From Geosiphon pyriformis uo1 (taxonomy: Eukaryota; Fungi; Glomeromycota): a DNA stretch of 64,000 nucleotides. Location of the stretch: NCBI GenBank assembly GCA_016748015.1, contig JAAOMT010000276.1, positions 1 through 64,000 of the forward strand, given 5' to 3'. The notes below the pieces were generated by a model. It saw only the letters and a program-made list of their open reading frames with translations. It was not told the origin of the DNA and searched no databases. The position numbers and the translations under genes were made by a program. This document shows positions 9,852-24,457 of this stretch, piece by piece. The stretch's first letter is position 1. Every line of letters begins with the position of its first letter.

Positions 9852-12800
9852 TCATAAAGAGTATAGAAAACATTTTAAATATTTTAATTCAAAAAATAAT
9901 TGTTTATATTAATTGAAGATATCTTTGTTTTAAAAATGATGTATTTATTTATATTTAATTTTTGTTAATTATTTAAGCCAGTATTATCACAACAGATAAT
10001 CAATTAAGTTATTTGTAATATTTTTTAAGTTGTATACTATAAACAGAATAATCATTAAAAATTGTTTTATATGAATTTTGTAAGATATAAAAACCATTAT
10101 TTAAAACTTTGTTGACTATAAAAGATCTTTTTTACTGGCTAGAAAATTTATTATCATAAACATTGTTTTTGTCTAAACAGTATTCTAAAACTAAATTATC
10201 AACACTTAAAAAAAGTGTTTTATAAGTTTTTTTTTTAAGCTTTTCTTAAAACTGTTTTATTTTTTTAAAGACAATTATTTATGTTTCTACTAATAAGTCA
10301 AAAATAGTACCAAGTTTTTTTTACAAAATGTCTTTATAATTTCTTATTGTGATTTTTTCAAAGAGTATTATTTTAATATCTGTTTTTATTAGTAAAGTTG
10401 TTATTTATTTATAAAACAAATAAAAAAGTTTATTGTTATGTTATAATTTATAGTTCTATAAATAAACAAGACTAAAGACAGTACTTTGTCTTATAAGTTT
10501 GTTTCTTTACTGGTTTTGATTAGGGTTTACATAATGTTCTATTAAAACATTCTATTAGATTATTTGTTTAAAAGTAATAAAAAAAAGAAAGTTTGTAATA
10601 TATTCCTATTTTTTTACAAAGTTTTTTAACTAGTGTATTAAGAAAAGCTCTTCTTCTATTAGATAAAAGTTTTTTAAAACAGTCATAGTAATAAATAATA
10701 TCTTTATAAATGAAATTAGCTATTGAAACTACTATTTGGTTTGAAGTAGCTCTTGTTTCTACTCACTTTATAAGATAGTTAGTAACTGTAATAATATATT
10801 TGTTGTCATTAAAAGTTATTGTTAAAAGTTCAACAATTTATACCAATTCTTTTAAATAATTGACCAACAAAAATTGAATAAATATCTTTTTTTTGATTGG
10901 ACTTTCTTCTTTTTTGGCAAATATTACAAATTTTAATGTAATTAACAATGTTTTTTCTTAAGATAGGCCAATAATAATAAGCTAGAGTTTTCTGAATTGT
11001 TTTAATCTTTTTAAAGTGTTTAGCTAATAAATTAGTATATATGTTGTAGATTATAATTTTTTTTTTTAAATTTAATGACTCTTTGGAAACAGTCAAAATC
11101 TTTTCTATTTTTTTTGTATAACTAGTTCTAATAAATCAAATAAAATTTTAATTGTTTGTACAATTGTTTTTTTTGCTGTCAAGTATATTTTATTGGATAT
11201 TGTTTTTTACCCAAAAATTTTATTAATACAGAGTAGTTGCTCAAGTCTATTATCATGTTTAGTTAAAAAAAAATTACTAATAATTAAGTTGGTTTGGTTT
11301 ATAAAAATTGTAATATTACTGAATAATAAGTTTAGAAAAAATATTGGCATTTTAATGATAAGCTCTTTTGTGTGAAAAAAAGTAAAAAGCAAAAACAAAA
11401 CATCATTACTTGTTTTCAATACAAACAAAAAAAAGATTATAATTAAATTCATTTAGGTGGAGTATTTAGTAAGTTATTTTTTTATGTTTCAGCTTTTTTT
11501 TGTTGTACAATTAAACCAAAGCTTAATAATCTATTATCACCAAAAATTTTACATTAAAGAAATACTTATTTTAGTAACTAATAAACCATACTATTGCTAA
11601 GCATTTTTGTTCTATAACTAAATAATTCTGTTCTATTGAAGAAAAAAATCTGTTAGCATAAACTATGACATATTTTTTACTATTTTTATTTTTTTGGGAT
11701 AAGATAACACCAAGTCTAAAACCAGATATATTAATGTGAAAAATAAAAGATTAATTCAAATCAGATTGCTTAAGAATTGGTTTAATAATTAGTTTTTTCT
11801 TTAAAGTTTCAAAAGCTTTTTGTTGATATATATCTCAATAGTAATTAACAGTTTTTTTAAATAGCTAATTAAAAAAAAATGCAATTTTTAATAAATTTTT
11901 AGTAATAAGAGACCAAACCAAGAAAAAAACATAGTTCATAAATGTTTATTAGTTGTTTAATGTTTTAGACTTTTTCAATCTTGGCTAAATCAAAAAAAAT
12001 TCTATTTTTTATAATAAAATAACCAAAAAATTGGGTAGATTAATGTTCAAAAAAAAATTTGATTGGGTTAATTTTAAGGCCAGCATTTCTGAAAAGATCA
12101 AAAATTTTTTGCAAATATTCAAGGTGTTTATTTTAGATTTGAGATATATCATTATGTTATTCAAATAAACTAAAACAAATTTTTTTTTACTGATTTAAAT
12201 ACTTTGTTTATTAAGTATTGAAAGATGAGAAAAGCATTAGTAAGACCAAAAAACATAACTGTAAATTTGTAGATACTATACTTGGTAATAAAGACAGTTT
12301 TCTTTCTATTTTCTGAATTTATTTCTAATTGCTAAAATTTAGTAATTAAATTAATAGTTAAAAAAAAAGCAGCACTATTGAATTGATTTAACATTACATC
12401 AATCTTGGAAAGTAAATATATGTTTTTTTTAGTAATAGTATTTAATTAATAGTAGTCAACACAGAAGTATAAAGTTCTATCTTTTTTAAATACTATTACA
12501 ACTGAAAAGGCCTATTTATTTTTGGTTTTTTGTATAAATTCAAGATTTTTTATCCAGTTTATTTTTTTTTTGATAAACTTATCATTGTAATAATTAAACA
12601 AAGAAAACTTTAAGTAAATAAAACAAGTTTTTTGGTGGTAATAATGTGTTGTATTACATGAATATGTTCAAAAATATTATTTTTTTTTGATATAACTAAA
12701 GTGTTTTTAGTCAATAAGTTTTTAATATCTACTTTTTTTTCTTTAAAGAAGGATTTTTTTTGTTTTACAGCTAGTAATTGGATCTCAAATAATTTATTTT

Positions 12801-15800
12801 CAAAGAATTTTTGTACTTTTTTTATTTTTTTCTTGGTATTAAACTAATTGGTTCTTAATCTTTGTAATAAATTGGGCAAGACATGTATTTATTATTAGGA
12901 GAATACAAAAGTTTATTGTATTAACACTAAATATAAGGACTATGTAATTAATAATTGTATTTGGCTTTCTTGCCAAATTTTTTGTTAAAGATTTTCTGAG
13001 TATATTATAGTAAGGCCAACAGATTAATTTGTTATTTACAATAATTTTTTTTTGTTAGCTTTAATATTGTTTAGTGATTTGTTATTGTTAATAAAATTAG
13101 TATAAACAAATTCAACAGTTTTTTTTTGTTTTTTTTATTATCTGATTTATTTAATTGTTTTTTTTCTTGATTTTGCTTGATTATTAAAAAAGTTGTTTTA
13201 TAATAATACTTAAATACAATAAACTTCTTATAATATCTAATAATTAGTTCACAAAGTTTATAATTAAGTAAAGTTTTTGTTTTTTTGAGTTATTTATTAT
13301 TAACAATTATGGTGTACTTTTTTGCTTTAGATATTTCTATGTTAGTTTCAATATTAATACTATTAATATAAACAAAGATAGCTTTGACTATGCCAAAATT
13401 TTTTTTTTATTACTATGCATATTGGTTATAAATCTAGTTAAAAGTTCATTAATCTTTTTATTAATGGTTTTCAAGAAGTATTTAGCAATAACATTTATAG
13501 ATAATTCACTGTTTAGAATTAAGTTAATAAAATAACTAGTTATTTAGGCTTTACAAATTAAGAGTAACATTATTATTGTCAATGAGTTTAGCTTGACAAA
13601 AATTTTTGTTGGTTTTTGGTGTCTTTTTTTTTTGGAATTAAAGATTTGTGAATATTTTTTCTGAATTGTAGATAAGTCATTAACTGGTCAAAGATAATAT
13701 AAGCTGAAATTTTTATAAGATTTTAACAATAAAATAGAAGCCAGATTTTTGTACTATTTTTGGAGATTCTAACTTTGGAGAATTCTTAAAATTTTAGTCT
13801 TTAATAACTTATTGTTATTAACAGTAGAAGTTAAAACTTTGTTGGAGTCTAAAACAAAATCAACCTTGGCTTTTTTTTTGTGAATTTAAAGAGATTAATA
13901 GCTAATTCATTTATGTCATAGTTATTATCAATTAAATTAAAAGTATAAAAGAAGTTTTTTTCTGATTGGCTTATAATCTTACTCTTTAGAAATGTACTTA
14001 TCAGTTTAAAGTTAATGAACAGTGGCTTTAACTAAAAAATTTTCTTCAAAGAATTTGATGTTGACATGATTAGGTCTTTGATTGGAAGCATTATTATTGT
14101 TAGATCTGTTGTTCTAGTTATTATTGTTTCTAAGAGCTGAAAAAAACAATAAAAGATTGTTATAGTCTCTTAAAAAGTGTTTAGTTAATTTACAACAAAT
14201 AAACCATAATTTTTACTGTCTTTAATATAGTAATTGCTAAAGCTAATTAAAGTGTAATTCAAATTTGGATCTTTGTAATTGCTAATTATCTTTGACTGTT
14301 TTTGCCAAAGGCTTTAATAGCTGAACAAAATTAACTGTAAGTCTATCTATTAATTGTTTATTAGAGTTTTGGATTTGGACAACAAAAAAAATAACAGTTA
14401 TTTAAAAAGCAAGAACCATAACAAAAGCAAAAGCAAAAATTAGAAAAGTAAATTCTAAATACATTCTTTAATTATCTTCAATTTTTTGAATAAGTTTAAT
14501 AGTTATATCCATAATAAGATTATTTTTTAAAGCCAAAAGAAGCCAAAGAGCATAAAATAAATTAGTTTTTAATTTTTTTGTAAAAAAATGAATTTTTTGC
14601 TTTTTTGTCCAATTTTTTTCAGAATTTACTTATTTAATAAGCTTTTTAATTATTTTAACATATTTAGTTATAACTTCGTCAGGATCTTAGATTTTTTTTA
14701 ATTCTATATGTTATTTGGAAATCAAGATAAGAGTTCTGAATTTGTTTTTAAACTGAGTAGTAAAAAATGTGTTTTTTTTTCAGTATTTACTAGTATGTAT
14801 CTAATAATTTTTTATTAAGCATTAGTATTGGTTTCTTGTAAAAACCATATTGCAGAAAAACCTTGAAGATAGCTACCAACAATTTAAAACTTGTAGTCAG
14901 CATTATATTAATTGCCTGTGGCTGTTTTTTCAAAGTTATTTAATTATTTAATTCAATTTTGTGTATTATTTTTGAATAATAATAATAGGATGTTGTTTTT
15001 TTATCCTAAAGTAATATGTATATCTTAAAAAACAGCTAGAATTTTTGCTTTTATAGAGTCAATAGCCATTGGTTTAAGAGTAGTTGCTTGTATAGAATAA
15101 TCTGATTTACTTAAAAAAAAATCAAAAACAGAAGTGATTTGATAATTTTTTTCTTCTGTTTTAAAAGAATTTTTAGTTAACTAATAGACAGCAATTCAGA
15201 TATAGACTTAATAATTCAAATATTTAAAATTAAGAAGCTGTTAATTAAAGATTGTTGAATATAAAAGTTGATTAATATAGTTGTTTTTTTCTTTAATAAT
15301 TTCTTTAAAGTAAGCTTAATCAAAAAAATAAATTGTATAGACTATATAAATTTCAGCTGAATATTTATTTAGGAACCAGTTCTAAAAATCTTGAAATTAT
15401 TTATTAGATTGTTTTTTAATAGAAAAGCAGATTAAGCAGAAGAGCAAAGAATTAAGTTTAACAAAATCTAGGTTGTTTTTATTGTGTACTGCAAAGTGTT
15501 TTTTTGATTATTATAGCAAATATGAATAATTATTTATACAATAAAAAACAAAATAGATTTTGACAATTTTATAGAGAACACCACTTTTATATTATAGATT
15601 AGAGTAACAAATTAATAGATAACAAGAGAAAATAAAATTATAGGATAATAGAATAGATTAAAAAAAATTTAACTTTAAAAAATAAATTAAATAAATATAG
15701 ATTTAATATATAAAATCAGTTTCATAAAATATCTTAGTCACTATTTTTTTCAAAGATAACTAGAGAATCTAAAAATAAAAGAATAGTCTGTACTATCAAC

Positions 15801-16319
15801 AAATAATAACATACTAATATAATTTTATGTCTTATATTAGTGTTTTTAGAATTTAATATCAGATATTAGATATGCTTTTTAATTATATTTTATTTAATAA
15901 TTTTTAAATACTACAATTATATAAATCAAAAAAAATAGATAAATACTAACAAGTAATCTTTTATCTCAAAATGTTCAAATACTTAAAGATAAAGAAAGAG
16001 AAATAAATAATATAAGAAATATTAAAATAATAGTTGTTTTTATTTATTCTTAATTATTAGTACATATTTTTCTATAGTTGAAAAACTTATTATTTATATA
16101 GCTATTAAAAATAATTAACAATCAGATTATTAATTAAGTCAATAATTAGGCCATTGATTAAGTCAATGATCAAATTAATAATTAACTCATTAATTAGATT
16201 AATAATTAGGTTAACAGTTAGATTAATAATTACTATCTAAAAATAAATTAACTAATTATATAACATTAGTAACTAATATATATAATAACTAATAAAAACT
16301 ATAAGTTTTAATCATAACA
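9852..16319 (-). mobile_element. Heavily eroded Ty3/Gypsy 'element 2' (no dUTPase seen), interrupted by element 1
   Basis: IN zinc domain (ORF 10830-11096); RT FVLVYLNNIMIY at ~12170; protease LILNSELS at ~13520; CCHC remnant at ~14180; PBS remnant ATAGAGAACACCA at 15571-15583. Confidence 0.85.
15590..16319 (-). repeat. Probable 5' LTR of element 2
   Basis: Decayed termini TATTATAGAT...ATCATAACA next to the PBS; ~12-bp tandem array at ~16110-16230. Confidence 0.65.
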
Positions 16320-19232
16320 ATAGTTTACACAAAATTGAATTTTGCTGTTTTTTTTTTATAAAAACAATTAGTAAAGTCCAAAGACTTTTAGAAGATTAAA
16401 TAAGTTTATTGGTAAGTATTTGTTGAATTTTTTTTTTAATAAATTGATAATTGATAGATAAAACTTAGTAAGTTTATTAATATTTTAGTAAAACATCTTC
16501 TATATAAATTTAATATTAAATAATATTGGTTTTTTTTAGATTATTGTTATTTTTAATGAATATATTAGCATATTTTATAATAAACTACTTTAATTGTCTT
16601 TGTAATAGTAGTTTTAATAAGTTCATATTAATTTGAGAAAGTTTTTTCTTAATTAAATAGTAGTTTTTAGTAGTAAAAATAATATTTGAGTTTAAAAAAA
16701 AAGTATGTTTCACAATTTTTAATGAAATTAGAAACAATTTAAGAGATTTTATTTTGAAAAATATTACTATATATAATTCTAATTTAATTTATTTAATAAA
16801 ATAATAGAATAATTGTTAAAGTTGTAAAATATAATTTAAAATTCTTTTATTTTTTTAAGAATATAAATATTTGGAATTGCAATTTTGTTTTTTGTGCAAA
16901 TTTGTTCATTTAATTCAAAAATTTATTGTGTAATAGTAGATTTTAAGCAAGTATAAATTTTGTAATGTTTTCTAAATAGTAAATAGTAATTGGTTAAAAA
17001 AGTCAAAAAATCTGGTGAAATTTATTTTGTATATTAAGAGTTATATTTATTAAGACTGTAAATTGCCCAGTTAAACCAAAACCTTGTATTTTTTTATTAC
17101 TTTTGTTTAGTTGTTCTCTATTGTTTATTGATTAAAAACCCAAAATATTAATTAAGAATAGATAAATAGTTTAAGCAATTTTTTTGGTATGTTTAATTTT
17201 AAAGAATTTATCTATTTTATTTTGTAATATTATCATAATATTTTTAGTGTATTCTTTATCTATAATTTTTTTTGTATGTTGATTTTTTTGCTTGCCAATA
17301 ATAATTATAAAGCAATTTGTACTATTGTTTTTAGTAAAATTTTGAGAGCAATTTTAAGATTAATCTTAATTAAGAATTTTGATTAGAAAACCAAAGTATC
17401 TTTTTTTTTAAATATTGTAAATTATATCTAATATTAATATTATAGGCTTTTTTTTACTTAGTTTCTTAATTATTGTTATTAAAATATTTTAGTTAAAATG
17501 CTAATTAATTTTTAATTAAGTAAATTAGTGTTATTGGCAGTTTTTTTTTCTAATTTAGGTTTTTCAAATTTAATTTTATATTTATTGTTTTTAGTAAATA
17601 ATAATATGCTGAGAGAATAGTATTTTAGACATAATTGGTTATTATATAACATAACACATTTTTATATAGTTAAATATTTATCTGTTTTAACTATTGAATT
17701 TAAATTTTTTTGAAAAAATAAGTATAATTGACAATTTAATAGTATTCTTCTATTTTATTTTTATAGTTGTATTCAGCAATTTTGAAATATATTTAATATA
17801 TTTAGCTTCTTTTATTTAGCAAATATTTTTCTGAATGGCTCTATTAATTAAGACTATAGTAAGATTATAGATTATTTTAGTATTGTATAGGTAATAATAA
17901 AGTTTGTTAAAAATACTGTTATATATTGTGTTGAAAGATGTTTTTCTTCTGATTTTTTTGGAAATTAATAAAACAGATTAACAGATTTAATTGCACACTC
18001 TTTTTTTATTGCAATATTAATCCAATTATATTCTTTAGACAATAATTTTTTACATATAAGACAAGATATATTGTTCTATTTTTTGCTTTGTTTTAGACTG
18101 CTAAATTGTTTTTGGTGACAGATCTTGCAATAATAAAAAGTACAAGTTTTATATTTTTTCTTGAACAATATGCAAGCTTTTATAAATAAAAACCTTTTGT
18201 TACAATTTTGTATTTAAGTAAAATATAAAGTAATTGCTTTTTTAATTCTGGTTTTAAATATGAAACATACTAATTACTAATTGGTTTAATTGTAAAGATA
18301 AATTGTTAACTGGTTTTTTTAGATCATAATAATGTTGACTATAATATAAGTGTTTTAAATAGCTGCTCTGTTTTTTTAGTCTAATTGGATATTGATTTAA
18401 GAGTTATATAAGTTTTAATAATTGGTTTTTTTTTCAAATTTGAACACTAAAGCTTTTTTAAATTATTTTTTGAAAATATCACAAGTAACAGATATTTTAG
18501 TGTATTGTTCTTAAAATAAAATTTTTGATTCTTAAGTTTTTCAATTTAGATTTGTATTGGCCTTAAGAAGCCAATTGTTTCTAATAAGAACTTAATATTA
18601 AGATATATTTATAACTAGAACTTTGATTAAAATAATAATTTTATCAATTGTAAAAAAAAAGTTGTTGATTTTTCTAACTGGAATTTTTTTCATACTATTC
18701 ATTATAACAATAACTATTTAAGCAGATTTATTAATGTTTTGCTTAAGCTGTTATATTAATTGATAAGTAATAATATTTTTAACAAATCTATTATTTAAGA
18801 TTAATTGAATTGGTTTTTTTTTAACTTCTGTTTTGGTGTACATAATAGTAATTGTTTTTTGTTTTATAATAGTTATATTGCTAAGCAAAAATAGTAATTT
18901 GTTTGTTTTAAATTTGAATGAAAAGATATTTAAAAAATTGGTATTTTTGGCAATTTTAATTAGTAAAATAGTGTAATTGTTATTAAAAGAGTTTTGTTTT
19001 GTTGTTGTAATTTTATTTTTAAAAAATACAATTTGTTGAAAATCTGGTTCTTTTGATATTGTTAAGTAACTAAATTGAATATAATAGTATGTAAGTTTCT
19101 GCTGCAAATTGCTTTAGAAAACCAATTAATTGTTAAAATTTATTCTATTGTTGTTTATTAAAAATTGGTTTTAAGATAAAAATTGGGTTTGCTAAACCAA
19201 TTTTCTGGCAGATATTTAGTATTGTTAAACAG

Positions 19233-20114
19233 TATTACAGATGATTATGTAAGATATTAAAACAAATAACAAACCTATAACTTGGTGCTCAATAGCTAGA
19301 TGGTATTGGTAATATCTGAAGGTTTTTGTATCTGAAAGTTTTGGTTGAAGTCTTTTGTATAATAAACAGAAATTTAATAATTGTTTTAGTAGCCTTCCAG
19401 AATGATTATTCCATCAAATTTTTTTCTTCAGCATGATGGCCAGTTTATTCTGGTAGTCATGTCTTTTTGGTAAGCTATTTATTAATTTATAAATTTTATA
19501 TTCTTATTTTTGAGTCTTTTATCAAGCTATTTTTGACATTAATTTCTCAACACTTAATCTTTTTAATCTGTTAGTAAATTAACAAACAACAAAAAAAAAT
19601 AAAAATAAATAAAAAAAAAGTAAAAAAAATGAAAAGAAAATAAAAAATTAGTATCCCATTAATAGCTATGATCAAGAGCTATTGTTCCAGTATGATTAAG
19701 TATTAATAAATAGAAAAGTAATTAGATTCTCAATCAAGCAATAATAATATGGATTGGGTAATAATATATATGTTTTATTTGATATTTTGTTAATAAATTT
19801 ACTTTAGTAAATATTAATTATCTATAAAGTGAGAGTTAATTAATAGATAAAAAAGGAGATATTAAACTGGAACTGAACTGAATTCTAAATCTGTCTGAAT
19901 ACTTTTTTTGTTTCTAATGCTATTGCTATATATACATAGTTAGTATTATATGAGATTCTTAAAATCTTTGCAATTTTTTCAAAGAAATTCTGGAATTCTG
20001 GGATTCTGGAATCCTGTAATTCCTTCAAAAAAATTCTGGAATTCTTTTGTTATTACATCTATTTCTGATTGACTATTTTTCTAATTATAATATTCCTAAT
20101 TTCTATAAGTAACA
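19233..20114 (-). mobile_element. Solo LTR related to the element 1 LTR, inserted in element 3
   Basis: Termini TATTACAG...GTAACA; homology to 8926-9851; perfect 4-bp TSD ACAG (19229-19232 and 20115-20118). Confidence 0.92.
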
Positions 20115-21786
20115 ACAGGTAATAATTGTTAATATTGTTGTAAAATTGGTTATAGAACAAATTAGTAATAACTGTTCTGATTTTGTGGCTTTAAAAAATA
20201 ATAAGCTGGTAGTAGAAATTGGTAATATAATTGTTGAAATTAAGAATAATGTTGATTATTTTTTGCTTGTTGGTTTTATTGCATCTTTTAATAATCTTGT
20301 TTTTAGTGTTTTAAAATTCTATAATAATAGCAGTTTGAAATTGGTTGTTAAATAATAATGAATAGTTGTTTTAATTGTATTATTAAGATAATTGGTATCT
20401 TTGTTGCTACTGTTATTGTTGGTTGGTAAAATAGTTTTTAACTTTTTTGATTAATTAATCAATTTTTTTTTTAACTACTAAGCTGGTTTCTCTAATAATT
20501 AAGTTAACAAGTTTAGTACAGTTGGCCTCTTTTATGGCTATTTTATAGGCTTTAATATGTTAAATATTAGTTGCTAAATTTTTTGAAGCATGTAAACAAA
20601 CTTTTTTGATTAATTTATTCTTAAGTTTAGCAATAAATTGGTTTAAAATCTGAGTATTAGAATAATAGTTATTGGTTTTTAATAATTAAATACTTCTAAA
20701 AAGTTTGTTAAACTTTTTTAAATAGATCATAATAAATTCAGAGAGTTTTTGTTTTATGTTTTAAAACTGATTTTGGAGTGTAATTAAAGTATTGTTGTCA
20801 ATAAACTGTTTTAAAAAAGCATTTTTAAATGCTTGCCAATTTTCAAATAGTTTACCTAAGTTTTTGAATCATTTTTCTGCTGTTCTTTAAAGAAAGTAAA
20901 AAATTGCTTTTAATATTTTTGTTGTATTCTAACTATTTATATCTTCTGCTTTTAAAACTTTGGCAAGCTATTTTTAAGAACTAATATTGGCATTTTTTTT
21001 TGTAAATTTAATAATTTTTATAATATAAGTAATTGTTATTTTTTTTGTATTTTCATTTTCAACAGTTTTTTTTTAGTAAATTCAGAAATGTTTTTATTAT
21101 TATTAAAGTAATTACTCTAATTTTTTGTTAAAAAATCGAAAAGATTTGTGCTAATAAAGATTTGTTTTGACTGTTGTATTGAACTTTTTGATAATATAAA
21201 ATTTTTTAGTATTAAAAAATAGTTTAATAATGAATTTAATATCTGAACTTAAACAAATAAAGCTAAAAATAATGTAATAGAAAGTAGTAATTTAACCCTG
21301 ATTCTTTGTTTTGGTGTTTGTAAGTGTTTAATAGTTATCTTTAATGTATTATGAAGAGTATGGCTAATTTGAAATATATTTTTTTGTTTTTTTTTAGCTT
21401 CTAGTTCTGATTTTAAATCAAAAAAATTTAAACTGTACTAAATATTTTTCTTTATTATATTAAATAATACTGTAGTTAAATTTTTAGAAGTATATATAAA
21501 AAGTTTTACTATTGTAATCTTTAATGCTTATATAAAAATAATATAATAAATTTTTATAGAGGTTATTTTTGACTTCTGAAATGTTGTAGTCTTTAAAAAT
21601 ATAATTGTTAATACAATTTTCAATGTATTAATACAGTGTTTTTTTAAAAATTTTAATTCTGTCTTAGATGTTAAATTTCTGTTTACAGTATATGTATATT
21701 AATTAATAATACTCTAAAGTAATTGTGTTTACTAAAGTTGCTACTTTAAAGTTGTTGTAATATTTAATTCATAAAAAAGCACCAAA

Positions 21787-22731
21787 TATTACCAAAAGTT
21801 TTTGGTCTCTTTTTTGAATATTGTTATTGTTGTTTTGCTGTTAATTTCTAATTATTAGAAATTAGTAAATCTCCAATAACTGAATTTATTTTCAAATTAT
21901 TTTCTATAATTTAAATTGCTAAGTTTATAAGTAAAATAGCCAATTTTGTATTAGTTATCTATATAGTTACTTTGCAAAAAAATTCAACTTTTTTTTAAAA
22001 AATGTTTATTTAAAAACTTATTAAAAATAAGTAGTTATTTTATAGTAAAAATTAGCTCTTTTACAAGAATTTTGTCTATAAACTACCTTAATAATTATAA
22101 TATAAAAAATATAAAAAAAGAAGAAATTTTATTAAAAAAATTATTTTTTATTCAGATTTAAAGTTATTAACAAATTATTAAAATTAGTAGTTAATCAATT
22201 TCAAAATATTAATTGAAATTTGGAGAATTTTAAGTGAAATAATTATGAATTTTGTTGTTTTTTAATATGATTTTTATTGAAATAATTTGTATAAATATTA
22301 AGAAAAATATTTTTAATAAAAGATAATTTTAATTAATGTATATTTTCTTAAAAAGCAAAGCTTTTTTTTATATAACTTGTTGTTATACTAGTCTATGAAC
22401 TTGTATTTTTTTTTGCTATTATTTTACTGTACTAAAGATATATTTTTAACAAAATACAAATTATTTCTATAAACTATTTAGTATTTTAGTAAATTATTAA
22501 TTATTTTGACAAATTTTAGCAAATTTTTGAATGTTATATAGTTTAAAATATTGTGTAATTTGATTATTACAATTTGTGTATTTTACAAATCAAATTATTA
22601 ATTAAATAATAATTTGAATAATTTGATAAGATAATAAATAATAAATTGAAATAATAATATATATTAATTAATAATAAAAATTATAAAAATAATTTCATGT
22701 TAATTAATATTTCAAATTTTTACTGATAACA
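21787..22731 (-). repeat. 5' LTR of element 3
   Basis: Adjacent to the PBS remnant; AT-shifted homologue of the solo LTR at 51938-52923. Confidence 0.85.
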
Positions 22732-23617
22732 GTAAGTAAAGATTAAAAGTTATTTGAAAGTTCTAAATAATGTTAAGGATAATTTAATGACAAATAAAAC
22801 TACTTACTTGCTATTTTTTTTGCTGATTAAGATATATAAATAGTATATAATAGCTGATAATACAGCTGTGTTTAGTAATACTTATTATTTTGCTTATAAT
22901 ATATATAAATCAATTTTTTATGTTCAATAAAAAATTAAACTTGATTATAATATGGTTTCAAGTGTTTTAATTAAAAAAGTAAATTAATTGTTTATTGTAT
23001 AAATATAATATTTTGATTTACATATACAGTTTGAATTTATTAGCAAAAAGTTTACCAATTTGTATATATATTTAATAAAAACTGTTTATAAACAGCTACC
23101 AGTAGTAGTTAAAAAAAGACTGTATAATAAAATTTATTTGGATGTATTGTGCTTACTATATAATAAGATAAAGCTATTAAATTATGTTTTTACTTATATT
23201 GAAAATATTGGTGTTTGTAAAAAGATCTTGGTAAAAGCTTTTGAACTTTGAGTTATATTAATAAGTATTTACATGCCTTTTTTTTTGCTGTTCTAGATTT
23301 TTTCTAAGTGTTCTTTGAATATAGATTTATATATAATAATTTGTAAAAATTTTGTGCTGAAAAATTAGTATATTGAAACTATTATGGCTCTTAAAAATAA
23401 AAAAGAGATGATTTTAATTGTTATTGAATTTGTAAAGTACTTAGTAAAAAAACATTATTTAAAAATATGACTTATTAGATCTAAATATAAAACAAATATA
23501 AAAAAAGCTGGTTTGATATAAAATAATAATTTGATATTAGATTTATTATATAGTCTAATGAAAAAATTATTAGATAGAATAGTTTAATTGCTTAATTTTA
23601 TTAAGTTTTTTTACTGT

Positions 23618-24457
23618 TGTTACAGTTCAAGAATTTAATAGGAATTATAAATAATATAAATTAGCCAATTATGAAATAGCACAGCAACAATTTATAAAAA
23701 GAAATGATTTACAAATAACAACAAGCACTACCATGCAATAGCAGCAAGCACTATCATGCAATAACAGCAAGTACTATTTTACAATAGCAGCAAGCACTAT
23801 TTCATAATAGCAGCAAGCACTATTTAGAAATAACGGAAATAGAGTATTACAAGATGTTATTTTGTAAAACAATAATTATATATATATACAATAGTTTTTA
23901 ATGATGAAGAAAAAACAGCTTTAACTAGAAGCAACAAATATTTAAATAAAATCTTATTCAAAAAGAATTAATAAAAAAATAATAAATTGAATGAATATCA
24001 CAATTACGAGATTAACAATAGAATTCACATACCCTCTCTAGCAAATGAAACTATCATTCTATCTTTGAATCCTTTGGAAAAATAATCTCTAATCAAGATT
24101 ATTCACATGGTTACTAATTAAATTGAAAAAGCTTTATTATATACTTAGGGAAATTGTGAAAAGACCATTAACATTCCATGTTTCTAGATTAAAGAAACAC
24201 ATTAGACAATTGCAAAGATAGTTTCAAAGAAGATTCCAGACAGTGCGTAGATTTCAGATTAGCCTCTGAGAAGGAATACACAACATACAAAGACAATTAG
24301 AATTAAAGAGAAGACTTACATCACAACATCAAGAAAAAATCTTCAGTATATTATCATTATTATCCAACACATAAAATAGAGAAACTCATGAGAGACTGAT
24401 TGCAATTAAAACAGGAGATCAACAATTAAAATATACCAAGAAAACATTCTTGTAACA
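23618..24457 (+). mobile_element. Solo LTR (840 bp)
   Basis: Termini TGTTACA...TGTAACA; TSD CTGT/CTAT; 23-bp tandem array followed by a TATA-like tract at ~23877-23888. Confidence 0.85.
23714..23828 (+). repeat. 5 x 23-bp tandem repeat (AATAGCAGCAAGCACTATNNNNN) inside the LTR
   Basis: Directly visible. Confidence 0.9.

Larger units (their letters stand above)
16320..22731 (-). mobile_element. Heavily eroded dUTPase-bearing Ty3/Gypsy 'element 3' (5' half), interrupted in RT by element 2
   Basis: RT start WTLLIVFIKKNSKIQFCVNY at 16320-16380; dUTPase remnant ~17200-17455; Cys-rich remnant ~17700-18200; protease LILNNRFVKNII in ORF 18751-19107; PBS remnant 21769-21784. Confidence 0.85.

Noticed and set aside
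19229-20118. Strict CpG targeting by the integrase (TSD = NCGN decayed)
   Set aside because: Codon context of the target sites (e.g. D-Y at 16320, A/T-V at 23614) implies an ancestral TA or TG centre, so only a YR preference is supported.
23714-23828. CRISPR-like array (also 59425-59630)
   Set aside because: Head-to-tail units without unique spacers, inside LTRs, in a eukaryotic context with no cas genes.
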